In this document: piece after piece, positions 46,690 through 59,843 of the stretch
Position numbering within the stretch: the stretch's first letter is position 1
Layout: each line of letters starts with the position of its first letter
Assembly (NCBI RefSeq): GCF_006345805.1
Contig: NC_043002.1
Span: forward strand, 62,992,001 to 63,056,000
Direction: 5' to 3'
Length of the DNA: 64,000 nt
Source: Octopus sinensis
Taxonomy: Eukaryota
Made by a program: the position numbers and the translations under genes
Notes under the pieces: generated by a model
Seen by the model: only the letters and a program-made list of their open reading frames with translations
Databases searched by the model: none
What the model was told of the DNA's origin: nothing

Positions 46690-47333
46690 AATCAATAAAC
46701 TGCAGCCACGCTGGGACAGTACCTTGAAGAATTATTAGTCGTGCGTATCGACTCTTGGACTTACAGTTTTAAAACCTGTTACTTATTCTATATGTCTCTT
46801 TGTCTGTAGAAACGTTGCGTTATGGGGACGTAAACACACCAGCAACGTTGGCAAAGCATTTGAGGGGGCACAAACAGGCACAAAGACACACACATACGCA
46901 CATAGATTATATATATATATATTCTCTTTTTTTCGCTTTTCATTGTTTCAGTCATTTGACAGGCGGCCATGCTGTAGCACCACCTTTAGTCGAGCAAATC
47001 GACCCCAGGACTTATTCTTTGTAAGCCCAGTACTTATTCTATCGGTCTCTTTTTTGCCGAACCGCTAAGTGACGAGGACGTAAACACACCAGCATCGGTT
47101 GTCAAGCAATGCTAGGGGGACAAACACTGACACACAAACATACACACACACATATATATATATATACATATATACGACAGGCTTCTTTCAGTTTCCGTCT
47201 ACCAAATCCACTCACAAGGCATTGGTCGGCCCGGGGCTATAGCAGAAGACACTTGCCCAAGATGCCACGCAGTGGGACTGAACCCGCAACCATGTGGTTG
47301 GTTAGCAAGCTACTTACCACACCGCCACTCCTG
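46690..47333 (-). mobile_element. SINE family A: one tail fragment and one full-length copy (46930-47333)
   Basis: Close match to 28785-29212. Confidence 0.85.
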
Positions 47334-47512
47334 TGGGGGAGAGTTCACGAAAACAACAAAAGACGAAGACAGGTGGTGTACAAAACAAACAAATGTATTA
47401 GTATAACGCACAGGAATTGAAAAAGTCTTTTACGTTTCGAGCCTACGCTCTTCGACAAAATGGGACACAGGAAATAAACAAGGACAGAAAAACATGTGTG
47501 TAATGGCTACCG
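47334..47512 (-). mobile_element. Possible Penelope-like terminal-repeat fragment with a degenerate hammerhead-like motif
   Basis: Minus strand TTTTG-TCGAAGA-GCGTAGGCTC-GAAA-CG-TA-AAAG (47424-47460). Confidence 0.4.
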
Positions 47513-47795
47513 ATATATATATATATGTCTGTATACGGCATGCTTATTTCATCCTCCGTCTACAAAATTTACACAGAATGCTCTGTCGGCCTCAGGCTGT
47601 AGAATATGGAGCTTGGCCAAAGTGCCACGTGTTGAGACCGAACATCGAACCATATCGCTGGGAAGCAAGCTTCTTAACACACAGCCACAATTGCACATAT
47701 ATTCGCATGACACTTTGTACATATGTGATGTATTTTGATTTTGATTTTTCCAGTTTCAGCTCATGAGCTGTGGCCATGCTGGGGCACCGCCATTT

Positions 47796-47865
<70 letters not shown>

Positions 47866-48153
47866 AAATGTGTACGCCTCACAAACATTGAAGCTCAACT
47901 TTGAAGTTAGCTACACTAGTGAATCAGCAAATGTACGTATTTCCAAACCATATTTGCTCACGTTTCGTTCGTGAGGCAAGAATATACAGACAAAAATGAA
48001 TATACAATACACACACACACACACATACATATAAATGTATGCATACGTATATATATATAAGTAAAACATACACATACACATATATCAAAGAAAAAGAAAA
48101 CGGAGATTGGTTGGTTAGTAATTGTTTATTATCAACAATGCATCAATCATACC

Positions 48154-48228
48154 ACCCCTTGCAGCTGTTTCAATTAATACTCGTCGAATTAATTGAATAT
48201 TAAATTTATATGACCATCTACAGGGGGT
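48154..48228 (-). ncRNA. Degenerate hammerhead-like motif
   Basis: ACCCC-CUGUAGA-U-GGUCAUAU...GUAUUAAUU-GAAA-CAGCUG-CAA-GGGGU; palindromic stem III loop; core substitutions. Confidence 0.4.
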
Positions 48229-48418
48229 AAAAATATATATCTCCTTGGATGTTTTATTTATAGCGGAGTGAATGATACTGTTTATGATTTGTATTTGTAT
48301 ATGTTCGAGCGAGTTTGTAGGTTGATTGGATATAAGATAGAGTTGGTGATTAGAATTAGAGCAGGTAAATAGAATTTATGAGGCTAACACAATCTCTGAT
48401 CTAATTTATATATATCTA

Positions 48419-48924
48419 TCTATATATATAAAACTCTAGTTGTGTGAGTGTCTGTCCCCTTCGATTTAGATTCCTAACTCCTCCCACATTTTGCGGTGCA
48501 GTTTAACCAAATTCGGGTATCTTATAGTCGTGATTCATATCGAGCCCGTCTGACTATTAGCGCGCGTCAACGATGAGTCTACGATTTTAAAAATAATTTA
48601 ACATCATTTTTTATTCCATTTTAATGCATAAAATGCATCGTATGTCGATGGCGGCGGAGTTGGCGTCCACGCTCACAGCTGCACCTGTTTGCTTCTCCCC
48701 CTTCCCTCCCTCGTGAAGCTGTGGGGAAGGGAGTGTAAAGAAATCAACGTCGTAATGCGTTGTGAAGGAAACCAGCGTTCTTTTAGAACAACGACTTCAT
48801 GGCTTGAAGACACCAAAACAAAAATGGCTAAGAAAGCCCGAATTTATTAGGGAAGTGACTCTCTAAAAATGCTTATATAGTTATTTCCCTTACAAACCCG
48901 AGCAACGCCGGGCGATACTGCTAG
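48419..48924 (+). mobile_element. Non-autonomous Helitron family 1
   Basis: A|TCTATATATATAAAA ... CCCGAGCAACGCCGGG cgatactg CTAG|T. Confidence 0.88.
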
Positions 48925-48959
<35 letters not shown>

Positions 48960-48967
48960 ATACATAT

Positions 48968-48998
<31 letters not shown>

Positions 48999-49271
48999 AA
49001 TAAATATATATATATATATGTATGCATGCATGGGTGTGTGAGTTTGTGTGTTTGTGTGTGACTGCGTGTGTGCATGTTGAATTTGTATGGCTGAATATAT
49101 ATGAAAAGCTTCCCTGCAATTAGTAGGGCTTGAGTTCCAATAGAATAGCGTGTCATTTTGAGCTCATGTCTTTTATCTTTGTCTCAGGTAAATCTGTTTT
49201 GTGAACATAACGACCTTCCCAACTATAAAATTATATGAGTGATCTATCATTCGGTGGCTCTGAGTATATAA

Positions 49272-49475
49272 CCGAGGAGGTACCGAAAAGTATTTATAAA
49301 CATACAGAAGAATCAGTTAAATATGATTTTATTCAACATATTCCCCTCTCGGATCTACATACTTATTGCAGCGGTCCTTCAGACTTTCTACGCCCTCTAA
49401 ATGAACTCGGAATTTTGGGTTACCAACCAGGCCTTTCACGATACCCTTAAACCCAGCAACTTTCCAGCCCTTCTA
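49272..49475. mobile_element. Mariner-like MITE, decayed TIRs
   Basis: cgaggaggtaccgaaaagt and actttccagcccttct imperfect inverted ends. Confidence 0.4.
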
Positions 49476-50754
49476 GAATCAGCTCTGCATTTCTGTCAGG
49501 ATGTCTATCTGTTTCCCAGTGTCTCTATGTAATTCTAACTTCCGAATGTCTTACATTGTCGTTTTTTTTTTTATATAATTTCACAAATTTTTAGGTCTTC
49601 TTCACGCATAAATTTAATATTCGTTTTCTTTTATCCATTGACCAACTAAGTCACAGACACACAACCACAAGTCAGCTACACACATACAGACATACATAAT
49701 GAACAAATATATATATATGTATGTGTGTGTGTGTGTCTGTGTGTGTGTTTGTGTGTGTTTGTGTGCGTGTACTATTTATATACATATATATATATAAATA
49801 TATATGTGAGTGTCTGTATGTGTTTATACATGTGTATACATGTGTATGCGTAAATATTTTATGCATACATTTATATACATGTGTGTGAGTGTATGTATGT
49901 ATACACATGTATATTATCAGTATGGTGAAGATTAAGAAGATTATGCCAAATTAGGTGTGATTCTTGCGTGCGATAATTCTGGAGACAACTAATGAGAAAA
50001 CAGATCTACGAACCCAAAATCTTCTATTCATATACTCTCCCTTCCCACTCACGTATTTCTACTCATTAGCTGAGCTGTGTCACAAATTTTCTTAGCATGA
50101 TCTATTATTACACTTACATTCATCATCATTCTAAATGATGTTAATCATCATCTTAATAATTAACACCATCTTTGATATCAATAATGTCACAAAAATAGCT
50201 GAAAATAAATATGTATAAGGAATGCAGTCAGTTCAGGGAGAAATAAAAATCCGGTCTTGGAAGCCTACGTATTGAGGACCTATATCTGACTCACTCGAAG
50301 AGCAACCAAGTGTTTCTCAACTCATACCTTGGTGCTTTCAAATTGGGATTTGCGCGGTGGCAATTACAGACGTCTTTATACTCTGAAAAACTAAAGATAG
50401 ATGTGTTAGAGGTGCGTATGTCTTTTCAAGTATTTGGACCGAAATAATAACAGACACGACAACTAGAATAACAGCGATGCATACAAATACAAACAAATAT
50501 GATTCAGGAGAGAAAAATAAATGAGAGACAGAGATGGAGAGAAAGAAACAGAGAGCGAGAAAGGAATAGAGAGAAAAAGAAAGAGATATAAAGAAGGAAA
50601 GAAAACAGAGAAAGTAAGAAAGAGACAAAGTGTAACGTTAGGAGTAACAAAAGAAATTTTATGCGCATAATTTTCTTCTTTTATTAAGCAGCTGATTGAA
50701 ATTGGCGAAAGATAACTATCATGGAAATACACAGTGTGAAAGGGAGAAAGTGAT

Positions 50755-50800
<46 letters not shown>

Positions 50801-51149
50801 AAGATGGAGAGACAGAGAAGGAAAGAAAGAGACAGTAAATAAGACAAAATAACAATGAATGGAAGCGTGTCCGATACATTAGAAATAGCAGCGAAATCCC
50901 CAACAAATCTCACATGAGTGCTTTAGAGATAAAGGCCATTTTCGGTAATGTGTTTATGAGTGGGACTGTATTTTTGAAAAACCAGGACGGTTAAGTGTGA
51001 AATGATTTTGAACACGAATATGATTTATTGGAGCAGACTTAAAGCTAAGCTACAACACAAATCGCCAACAACACAGTAAAAATAAAGGAAAAAAATGAGT
51101 ATGACTAGGAGTAAGAGTGAGGGAGAGAGAAGAGAGAGAGACTAAGTGA

Positions 51150-52400
51150 TATTTAGCAACAGCAATGAAGAACAAGCACAGATTTCTAGATGCAGCAATC
51201 AAATCTCACACTAACCAGATTTAATTGCCATAGAAATGTAAAAAAAGCTGGGGGTAATGCTTTCCCGAATAAAGCCCAGGCTTTGAAATCAGGAGGACGC
51301 TAAATGCTGCGTTCTCTTTGCAGAGAGATTTGATGTGGAAGAGCTAAATGAAGGTTAGATAAAAACCACTCTCGACTACATATTAAGAAACAAAAATATG
51401 CAAAGGCACTAGAACGCAGGTTACTCCCAGATCACATTCAGCAGAAATCTATCAGAAACAATGAAAAATATTGAAAAACACATGTACTAAGAATAAAGAA
51501 TTAGAGATCAAAGAAAATCTCTGACCCTGACACAATAAAGCAAAGATGATTATGAAAAAATAGTAACAAGAAAACCCTACATGAAAGCATTCCCATGGTA
51601 TATCAAAGAGGAATTGATCTAATCAGTTCAAATTCTCATGATAATATGAAAAGAGAATGAATCGAGCCCTGAAAGTGTAAGAAAATGCGGAAGATTAAAA
51701 TGGTATATAGAAAGAAAAAAAGAAAAGAATATTAGTACAACGTCTAATGGTTTTGAGTAAGTAATAGGGAAACGTCTAATGTGAGACGCAGAAAATTATG
51801 GAAAATATGAAAAAAATATTGACATCTGTAATAGAGAATATGCTTTAGAAGTAAAAGAAAGTATGCTGGATGAAAAATAATGTAAGATATAAAGGTTCCC
51901 TATGGTTCCTACGAATCAAATTCAATAGCGATTGGTGAGGAGAAGGGCTTCGATAAAGTTAAGTCTGCGAATGACAGGATATTAATAAAAAGTAAAGAAA
52001 GGAGGTTACAAAAATCTTGTATGTAAACAACCACTTGGAAACGCGTGATTGCTTCTTTCATGTAAATATGCTATTTGAAGCAATACAAACAAAATTCTGC
52101 AGAGTTATCAATAAAAAAACATTTAATACAAGATGACGTTGCTATGCTTTAAGCAATTTGAATATTTAGGGAGAAAATACGTGCCAAAAATATTGTACCC
52201 GCTCACAGAATAGAACTGAGAAGAATGGGGAGCTATAGCAAAAAATATGGTAACATTGCAGGTGTAGTGCAGCAGAATATCTCAGTAACTCATGCAAATA
52301 TGAAAGCAACTGGAAAGCTCTGTAATTTCTGGATAATACACCTAAGTAGTATTGGTAAATATGTAGCAACATCGTTATTGAGTAACTAGAGACCAGAATT
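51150..52400 (+). pseudogene. Highly degenerate RTE-like LINE reverse transcriptase relic
   Basis: In-order motifs RGIDLIS (51607), EKGFDKV (51940) and FEYLG (52157). Confidence 0.45.
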
Positions 52401-52435
52401 AGAGTGAGGTGTATAGAGCGAAGAGAAAGAAACAT

Positions 52436-52491
<56 letters not shown>

Positions 52492-53842
52492 TATAGATAG
52501 ATAGATAGATAGATAGATATAGAGAGAAGGGATAAGAGAGAGAAAGTGAAGCAAAACTTCAGCAAACAAATACAATTTCGATCTTGATATACCATCAGTT
52601 GATAATTTTCATCGAACATTGAACACATATAAAGCTGTTACAAAATTAAGGAAAACCAACATCCTTAAAGTGTAAACATAAACCTTCTAATGAACCAAAG
52701 TTTATGGAAGATTTCCTAGTCAAATATATTTGCGTAGATATCAATGGCTTCTCTTTTAAATGAAAATAATAATTTCAGAAAGAAAATGAAACATATGCCT
52801 TTGTTTAAATTCTTCTAAGTGTTTTATATGAAATTCTTATTATAGAGCTGTGTGCTCAATGTTAACCGAACACGTGATGATATTCGTTTCTGTTAAACAT
52901 TAAGAACTATCGCATGCATTTAGTGAGGTTTCACTAGTATTAACAATATCAGCGACAAAACACACACACACACATATATATATATATATGTGTTTGAAGG
53001 CAATGTTTTTAAAAGAAATCAGAATAAACTCTGTTATCATCAAACAACGTTGCCTACAATATGGATTTTAAAACATATACTGCTTTCTTTGTTTCAAAAA
53101 TGTTCTTATCAATTTAATAGAATTTATTTATAATTTTTGACATTAGTATATTTGAAGATCTTAATATCTTCTCGATTTTTTTTTTCTTAATATAGAGATA
53201 TCAGCCGTGATGAATAGTTCATGACACGATAACATGAGGTGTGTGCCAATTTAAAGTATATATTTCAGATTCAAATATGGCGTAATTACGCAGCTGAGTT
53301 ATAGTTTTGAGTTCTCTGACTTATTCTTTCTAAAATGACATTGTTATACCTGTCTATGTATGTGTGTGTATGTAGCTATTTGTTAAAAGGTTTTTTATTA
53401 GGAAAATGATGTTCGAGTAACGATCTTTGGATTTACACCTATACTGCGCATGCAATGCAATCATAATGTTTATATTAATAATATAGTTGAATGTTAAACA
53501 ATACGATAGTAAAACGTTTAAATGCTTTTTGTAGTTCACGTTGTCATCGGTGGCAGATGGTTCGTGACTCTAGTGTTTGGAAATATAATCTCTTTTAACG
53601 TTTACCATTTACGTTTCAAAGAAGAAATGTTAAATAATCAGCCGTTGTTGCCACATAGTTTATTTTGCGTGCACCGATTGCAATTCCTGTTTTCTTTATC
53701 TATCTCCTTTTGCTTGTTTGCAAATATTCCATATTTTCCTTTTCATTATATTTTATTTCACTACCAATGGTATATCTATATATACCTGCCAATTTTTTAC
53801 ATCATTTTCATTATTTAAAATAATAGATAGAGTTATTATATA

Positions 53843-53995
53843 ATAATAGATAGAGAACACCACTGGAAAATACGAAAACGAAAAGAAGCAGCACATATGC
53901 TAGGACACAACAACCTCTTAAGCAGACCGAGTGCAGATATGAGCAGCATATGGGAACCGGTATTAAGGAAGGATAGGAGAATATTAGATTTATAA
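53843..53995 (+). pseudogene. Penelope-like element GIY-YIG endonuclease C-terminus, 5'-truncated
   Basis: IIDREHHWKIRKRKEAAHMLGHNNLLSRPSADMSSIWEPVLRKDRRILDL*; fits the PLE pattern ILD.E..W..R..KEA.....L.R.......W.P.L. Confidence 0.75.
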
Positions 53996-54025
53996 GCCCT
54001 AAAATTCACTCCATAATTGCTCACG

Positions 54026-54090
54026 AGCATATGACGTGGTGGTTAAAAGTACGGGCTACTAACCCCAAAATTCCAAGTTCGATTCCAAAC
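54026..54090 (+). promoter_or_regulatory. tRNA-like Pol III cassette inside the Penelope 3' region
   Basis: A-box-like TGACGTGGTGG 54032-54042, arm GGG-CTACTAA-CCC, B-box GTTCGATTCC 54077-54086. Confidence 0.6.
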
Positions 54091-54193
54091 AGTGACTTGA
54101 ACACTAATAATAATAATAATAGTACTAATTATTATAAAAAATAACATCGAAAAATACCTTAGGATTGAGAACCCAGGTTCGAAATTTCCTTAA

Positions 54194-54239
54194 GATACCT
54201 GAAGAAGGCTGGAGGGTATATAAGCCGAAACGTTGTGTT
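54194..54239 (+). ncRNA. Minimal type I hammerhead ribozyme
   Basis: GAUAC-CUGAAGA-A-GGCU ggaggguauaua AGCC-GAAA-CG-U-U-GUGUU; palindromic AACGUU at stem III. Confidence 0.7.
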
Positions 54240-55009
54240 AACAAACAAGATGAGGACAATTCTCTGTCGAATGTAAATATGTACATAATCCCTCATCTTT
54301 TAAATATAGAACTGTACCTGCCAATGTTTAAATATTAATATTATCTTCATTATTGCATAGTTTTTCGTCTTTTCACGTTAGAAACAATATTGTGTCCATG
54401 TCTTTTATTTTTACACATATAGAAACACACACTCTACATCGAGAAAATATAACAGCGTAATCATTCGAGTTTTAGTGATTAAGAAAGAAATGTTTGTTTT
54501 TAAGTAGATTATAATGAATAAAAGAAGACACAGAGGGAATGTATTAAAAATAATACTTATCCTACAGGTAGTTAAAAATAACTAATTTACACAGTTCAAA
54601 TTTTTGTTTAAAATTACAGAAGAATCTAATTGTCTTCTGACAACGAGTGAATAATACATATAAGATCAATCCTTAACTTTCAAGACCTTTTTCAAATAGA
54701 ATGGTAACAGCTTCCCCAAAGCTACATTACAAATCACTGATAACTAAGGACTTACTAGCTAAGCGCATACAATTTTTCTTTTAGACTATGCTCCCAAAAG
54801 CAATATTAATAGTGATAAAACAGGGAGTTATAAGGTCGACTGCAGCATAATAAAACTGACGATCTCTTGCACTGAAGTTCCTAGAAGGTGCAATATTTGT
54901 CTTCCGGATAAATATAAGATATTATAATTATTACAGTATTTTGCAATTCTAAACATGAATATGAAACGTGTAAATTGGTTATTTATTACTTTCAACTAAC
55001 TACACCATG

Positions 55010-55103
<94 letters not shown>

Positions 55104-55142
55104 CACACACATATATATATATACATAAATACATACATACAA

Positions 55143-55173
<31 letters not shown>

Positions 55174-55594
55174 TATACATACTGTGTATATATACATCTA
55201 TAGACATATATACCTATATGCATATAGACATACGCACACATACACACATATATATTTATTTTATAAGTATGTGTATACGTGTATAGGACTACGCCCGTAG
55301 GTTTCAAAGAAAGGAAGACACATGATAATGTAGCAAATGAAGAGAGAGCATTCGTTTGACAGTTTGCTCTGCTTGGAAACATTATTGTTGTTTCTAGAAT
55401 AATACAGTATTCATGTTAGAGAAATATTGCAAAATGTTCGTCAGAAAGCGAGAGGCGTAGGTTTGTAATGCACCTGCCAAACAAAATTTTCGTAGCCGTG
55501 CGAACGTTAACTATGTTAAAGGAAACGATAAGCCTAAGGATAATTATTTCAATGTGTGTGTATATATGTATATATAAGTGTATATAATATATGA

Positions 55595-55630
<36 letters not shown>

Positions 55631-55705
55631 TTGTGTGTGTGTGTATGTGCGTGTGTGCGTGTGTGAGTGTGTGTATACATAGATATATCCATGTATATAT
55701 CATGA

Positions 55706-55748
<43 letters not shown>

Positions 55749-56881
55749 GATACTTATACATACATATATATATAGAGAGATATAAACAATATACATATAG
55801 ACATACACACATACATACACACGCATACATACATACATACATACATACATACATACATACATTTATACATACTACGCGAACAGTAATTTCAAAGTAATCT
55901 AGAATAAAGACACATAATATCTGCTAGATTAATGAAAAATAAATATATTCATAAATATTTCCGCAAAAAGATATTTTCAGTTGACTACACAGATTGCCTG
56001 CAGTGGCTTTTGATCTGCAGATTTTAACTATCTCCAGCAGTTTAGTAAAGAAATAAAAACATAAATAAAAATGGCTGCTACTTTATAAATAAGCTGAGCG
56101 CTTTTTGAGCGTAGGTATACTTATATATTTTAATGATAATAATTCTTTGCCGGTTTCCTGCATATCGTTATGGCCGCCTTTGCTAATGTTGTTTACTTCG
56201 GAGTTATTATTAATGCTGCTGCTGCTGCTGGTGATGATGACGATAATGATGATAATGATGAAAATTATGATGGTGGTGTGGTGGTGGTGCTACTGGTGAT
56301 GGTGATGACTATTACGATGATGATGATGAAGATGATAATGATATGCTGGATAGAGGTAACTTTAATGGATGTTCACCATCATCATTAACATCATAATCGT
56401 TATAGTCATCAACATTATATTACTCCATTGATGCTGTCTTAGGTATAATTTCAGGTGGTCCTTGATCAAGCCGTTTTAAGATAACAAGCGATAGCTCTGT
56501 TCACATCCGAACATTTCTTGTTGGGACGAATGTTACAAGGACTTCATTAACCAGCATTAAAATTTTCTTATCCGTCAGGTATAGAGACTATGATTAGATT
56601 TCCTCACTGCTTCGTTGTTTGTGTTAAGTTTTCTTCTTATATGTTTTTATTTGTAACGTTATCGTGGTCATGGAAATATATTTGCTTTTGGTTACAAACA
56701 TTAATACAGAAACGATAAAATATGTTGTACTACATGCTACAGCTAATAACATATTTATTCATACTATTAGCATGTCTATTACTGATAGAGATAGGAACCT
56801 AATTGATAAAATCCACCCACTGAATAATAAACCTTAATTCTGGCCATATCTAAGTTGCTCTATTTTGGACAGTCATCTTAC

Positions 56882-56933
56882 CGGAGTATTAGAAGCGACG
56901 TTGTGGTATACTGACCGACTTGGGTATTGCTTT
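56882..56933 (-). CDS. Candidate 52-nt exon of an unidentified gene
   Basis: tttcag| acceptor and CG|gtaaga donor; two of three frames open; unique sequence with higher GC than flanks. Confidence 0.3.
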
Positions 56934-57130
56934 CTGAAATATATTTTCTTGAAGTTTGTTTCTTCACGTTCTGTTATTATGCTTGCTTTCACGGCATCGT
57001 TTCAGAAGTACAGAAATACACATCTAATACTCACACGTGAGAACGAGAAATAATAAATCATCACATACTTCATAAGTACGTACATACATCAAATCCCTAT
57101 ACAATTTTACCACAGTAACACTTATACAAA

Positions 57131-57176
57131 TGTTTACAATAGTCTAATCATTGATCGAATGCGTTTCTATGGTAAC
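57131..57176. promoter_or_regulatory. RFX X-box (GTTTCTATGGTAAC, 57163-57176) with a forkhead motif (TGTTTAC, 57131-57137)
   Basis: Match to the X-box consensus GTTNYYATRRNAAC in non-repetitive sequence. Confidence 0.4.
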
Positions 57177-58090
57177 TCAACTCCTGAGAATTTATTGCAA
57201 CACACTCTTGAAATGACTACCTTCTGTCCTTGTTTTGTATGATTATATTTAAAAACGTAAAAAGATTACGTGTTTGCTAGATCTGTGAAATTAAAACAAA
57301 TCTGTCGCCAATATCAAACGAGAATCTTAGAAATGGACACATTACATAACGCACTCCAGTGTTCTTCAAACTTGATGGTCAACATGGAAATAATTTTTTC
57401 GTAATTAATAAGTGTACTCCATTAGGGTTTTAAGTAGCTCTGAACCTAATGAAGGAATACACCAGTTGCACTGAAGCGTTTTTTGCCTATGGATACCGTT
57501 CATTCATATTTCAGTCTGCTGGACCTCCATATATATATACATACATATAAAACTTAATGTATTTTTATTATTGAATATTATTTGGAATTATATTACAAAG
57601 GAATTAAGATATTTTGTGTATTCTAGAAGTAAAACCATTACAGTAAAGCACATACAGTTTTAACAAAACATTGATATGGACTCCCAAGGATGATATAGAT
57701 CCCGGTTGAGAACCTTTGATATCATGCATACAGACAATCGCTGGTTACACATCTACTGGATAAAAAAATATATAAAAAGCTATATAAAAGCTAATGCCAG
57801 TTAGGAAAACTCTCATCCTGTCTGGCTCTCTCATTTTTCCCTACTTTTTCAGTTATGCACTTCCTCTGCACGCTCAACCAATTTAGCGCCTCTCACCACG
57901 CAAACAAACACACACACACATTCTTTCTCTCTCTCCTTATATATATGGATGTAACGAATAAGTTTTCATAAATCTCCTTCAATATCAGATACGATAATTT
58001 TGGATGTGTTTCAAAGTGGATACTTCAAATATTTTTACCAATTTATACAATACACAGACTAGCAACCACTTAGTTTCATAAGCACGTAGA

Positions 58091-58134
<44 letters not shown>

Positions 58135-58155
<21 letters not shown>

Positions 58156-58576
58156 TGTGTGTGTGTGTGTGTGTGTGTGTGCGCGTGTTTATGTATGTAT
58201 ATATGTAGAAGGTTGAAAAGTAACACACGAATTGACATTTACATGGAGAAAAATGTCAAGGTAAAAAATGCTAAAATAATTTTATAAAAAACATTTCAGT
58301 ACTTGTTTCAATCATTGATACTTTTTCAACTGTAAGTATGGAAAACAATTCAATTTTGGAAAAATTAAGGGATAAAATTTTTAAAAGAATATTTGCATTC
58401 CCCTTGTATTCGAATAGTGTGCAAATATTCTTTGTAAAACTTTTCAATTAGTGTTTCCCAAATTTAATTGTCTTCCATACTTACAGTTGAAAAAATCTCA
58501 ATGACTGAAACTGGTAATGAAATGCGTTTCTCTAAAATTATTTTAGCATTTTCTACCTTGACGTTTTACCATATAT

Positions 58577-58620
<44 letters not shown>

Positions 58621-58637
58621 TATATATATATATATAT

Positions 58638-58692
<55 letters not shown>

Positions 58693-59089
58693 TGTGTGTG
58701 CGCGTGTTTATGTATGTATATATGTAGAAGGTTGAAAAGTAACACACGAATTGACATTTACATGGAGAAAAATGTCAAGGTAAAAAATGCTAAAATAATT
58801 TTATAAAAAACATTTCAGTACTTGTTTCAATCATTGATACTTTTTCAACTGTAAGTATGGAAAACAATTCAATTTTGGAAAAATTAAGGGATAAAATTTT
58901 TAAAAGAATATTTGCATTCCCCTTGTATTCGAATAGTGTGCAAATATTCTTTGTAAAACTTTTCAATTAGTGTTTCCCAAATTTAATTGTCTTCCATACT
59001 TACAGTTGAAAAAATCTCAATGACTGAAACTGGTAATGAAATGCGTTTCTCTAAAATTATTTTAGCATTTTCTACCTTGACGTTTTACC

Positions 59090-59090
<1 letters not shown>
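58135..59090. repeat. Direct tandem duplication (offset 519 bp) of a microsatellite-flanked fold-back element
   Basis: 58181-58571 reads identical to 58700-59090. Confidence 0.92.
58205..58571. mobile_element. Asymmetric fold-back element with a U3-A8 hammerhead-like motif in each arm
   Basis: Arms about 58243-58398 and 58420-58571; motifs at 58297-58332 (-) and 58484-58519 (+). Confidence 0.7.
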
Positions 59091-59120
<30 letters not shown>

Positions 59121-59135
59121 ATATTATATATATAT

Positions 59136-59179
<44 letters not shown>

Positions 59180-59191
59180 ATGTATAATTGA

Positions 59192-59510
59192 GTGGCGTCC
59201 CATACGGGACAGTTCTACTTACGTTTATAACCCCAGAAAGACATCTCTTCCAGCTGTCTAAAGATACACACTCTGTGTCCGATTAGTATTTGCAATAGAG
59301 GGTCATCGATCCCATCACGTAAGGTTAGGGATGGGAGCGATTACTTCCCTTCGCAAATACTAATCGGACAGAGAATGTGTATCGCTAACCATCTGGAAGA
59401 AATGTCTTCTTGCGACTATAAACGTCAGTAGCTCTGTCCCTTATAGGACGCCACATTTGGCAGCAGTTATATGTTACGATTTCGTATTGCTACTGTTTAC
59501 ACCTAGATTT
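59192..59510. mobile_element. Asymmetric fold-back element in (TA)n
   Basis: Arms 59192-59316 and 59330-59454, right arm extended. Confidence 0.75.
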
Positions 59511-59516
59511 AATATA

Positions 59517-59561
<45 letters not shown>

Positions 59562-59599
59562 TATTGAGTATTTGTGTGTGTGTGTGTGTATGTGTGCAT

Positions 59600-59785
59600 T
59601 TGTGTGTCTGACAACCGATGTTAGTGTGTTTACGTCCCCATAATTTAGCGGTTTGTCAAAAGAGACCAATGGAATAAGTAATAGGCTTACAAAGAATAAG
59701 TTCTGTGGTTGATTTGTTCGACTAAAGGCGATGCTTCAGCATGGTCATAGTCAAATGATTGAAACAAATAAAAGAATAAAAGAAT
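59600..59785 (+). mobile_element. SINE family A tail half
   Basis: tgacaaccgatg...ggcttacaaagaataag...caaatgattgaaacaa. Confidence 0.8.
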
Positions 59786-59786
59786 A

Positions 59787-59843
<57 letters not shown>

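Noticed and set aside
54026-54090. Functional tRNA gene (also the SINE heads at 6450, 33840 and 60800)
   Set aside because: No complete acceptor or T stems; embedded in repeats
54750-55535. Possible further minus-strand exons (gtaagt donor near 54755, acceptors near 55515-55535)
   Set aside because: Frames close before a good donor and no recognisable protein results
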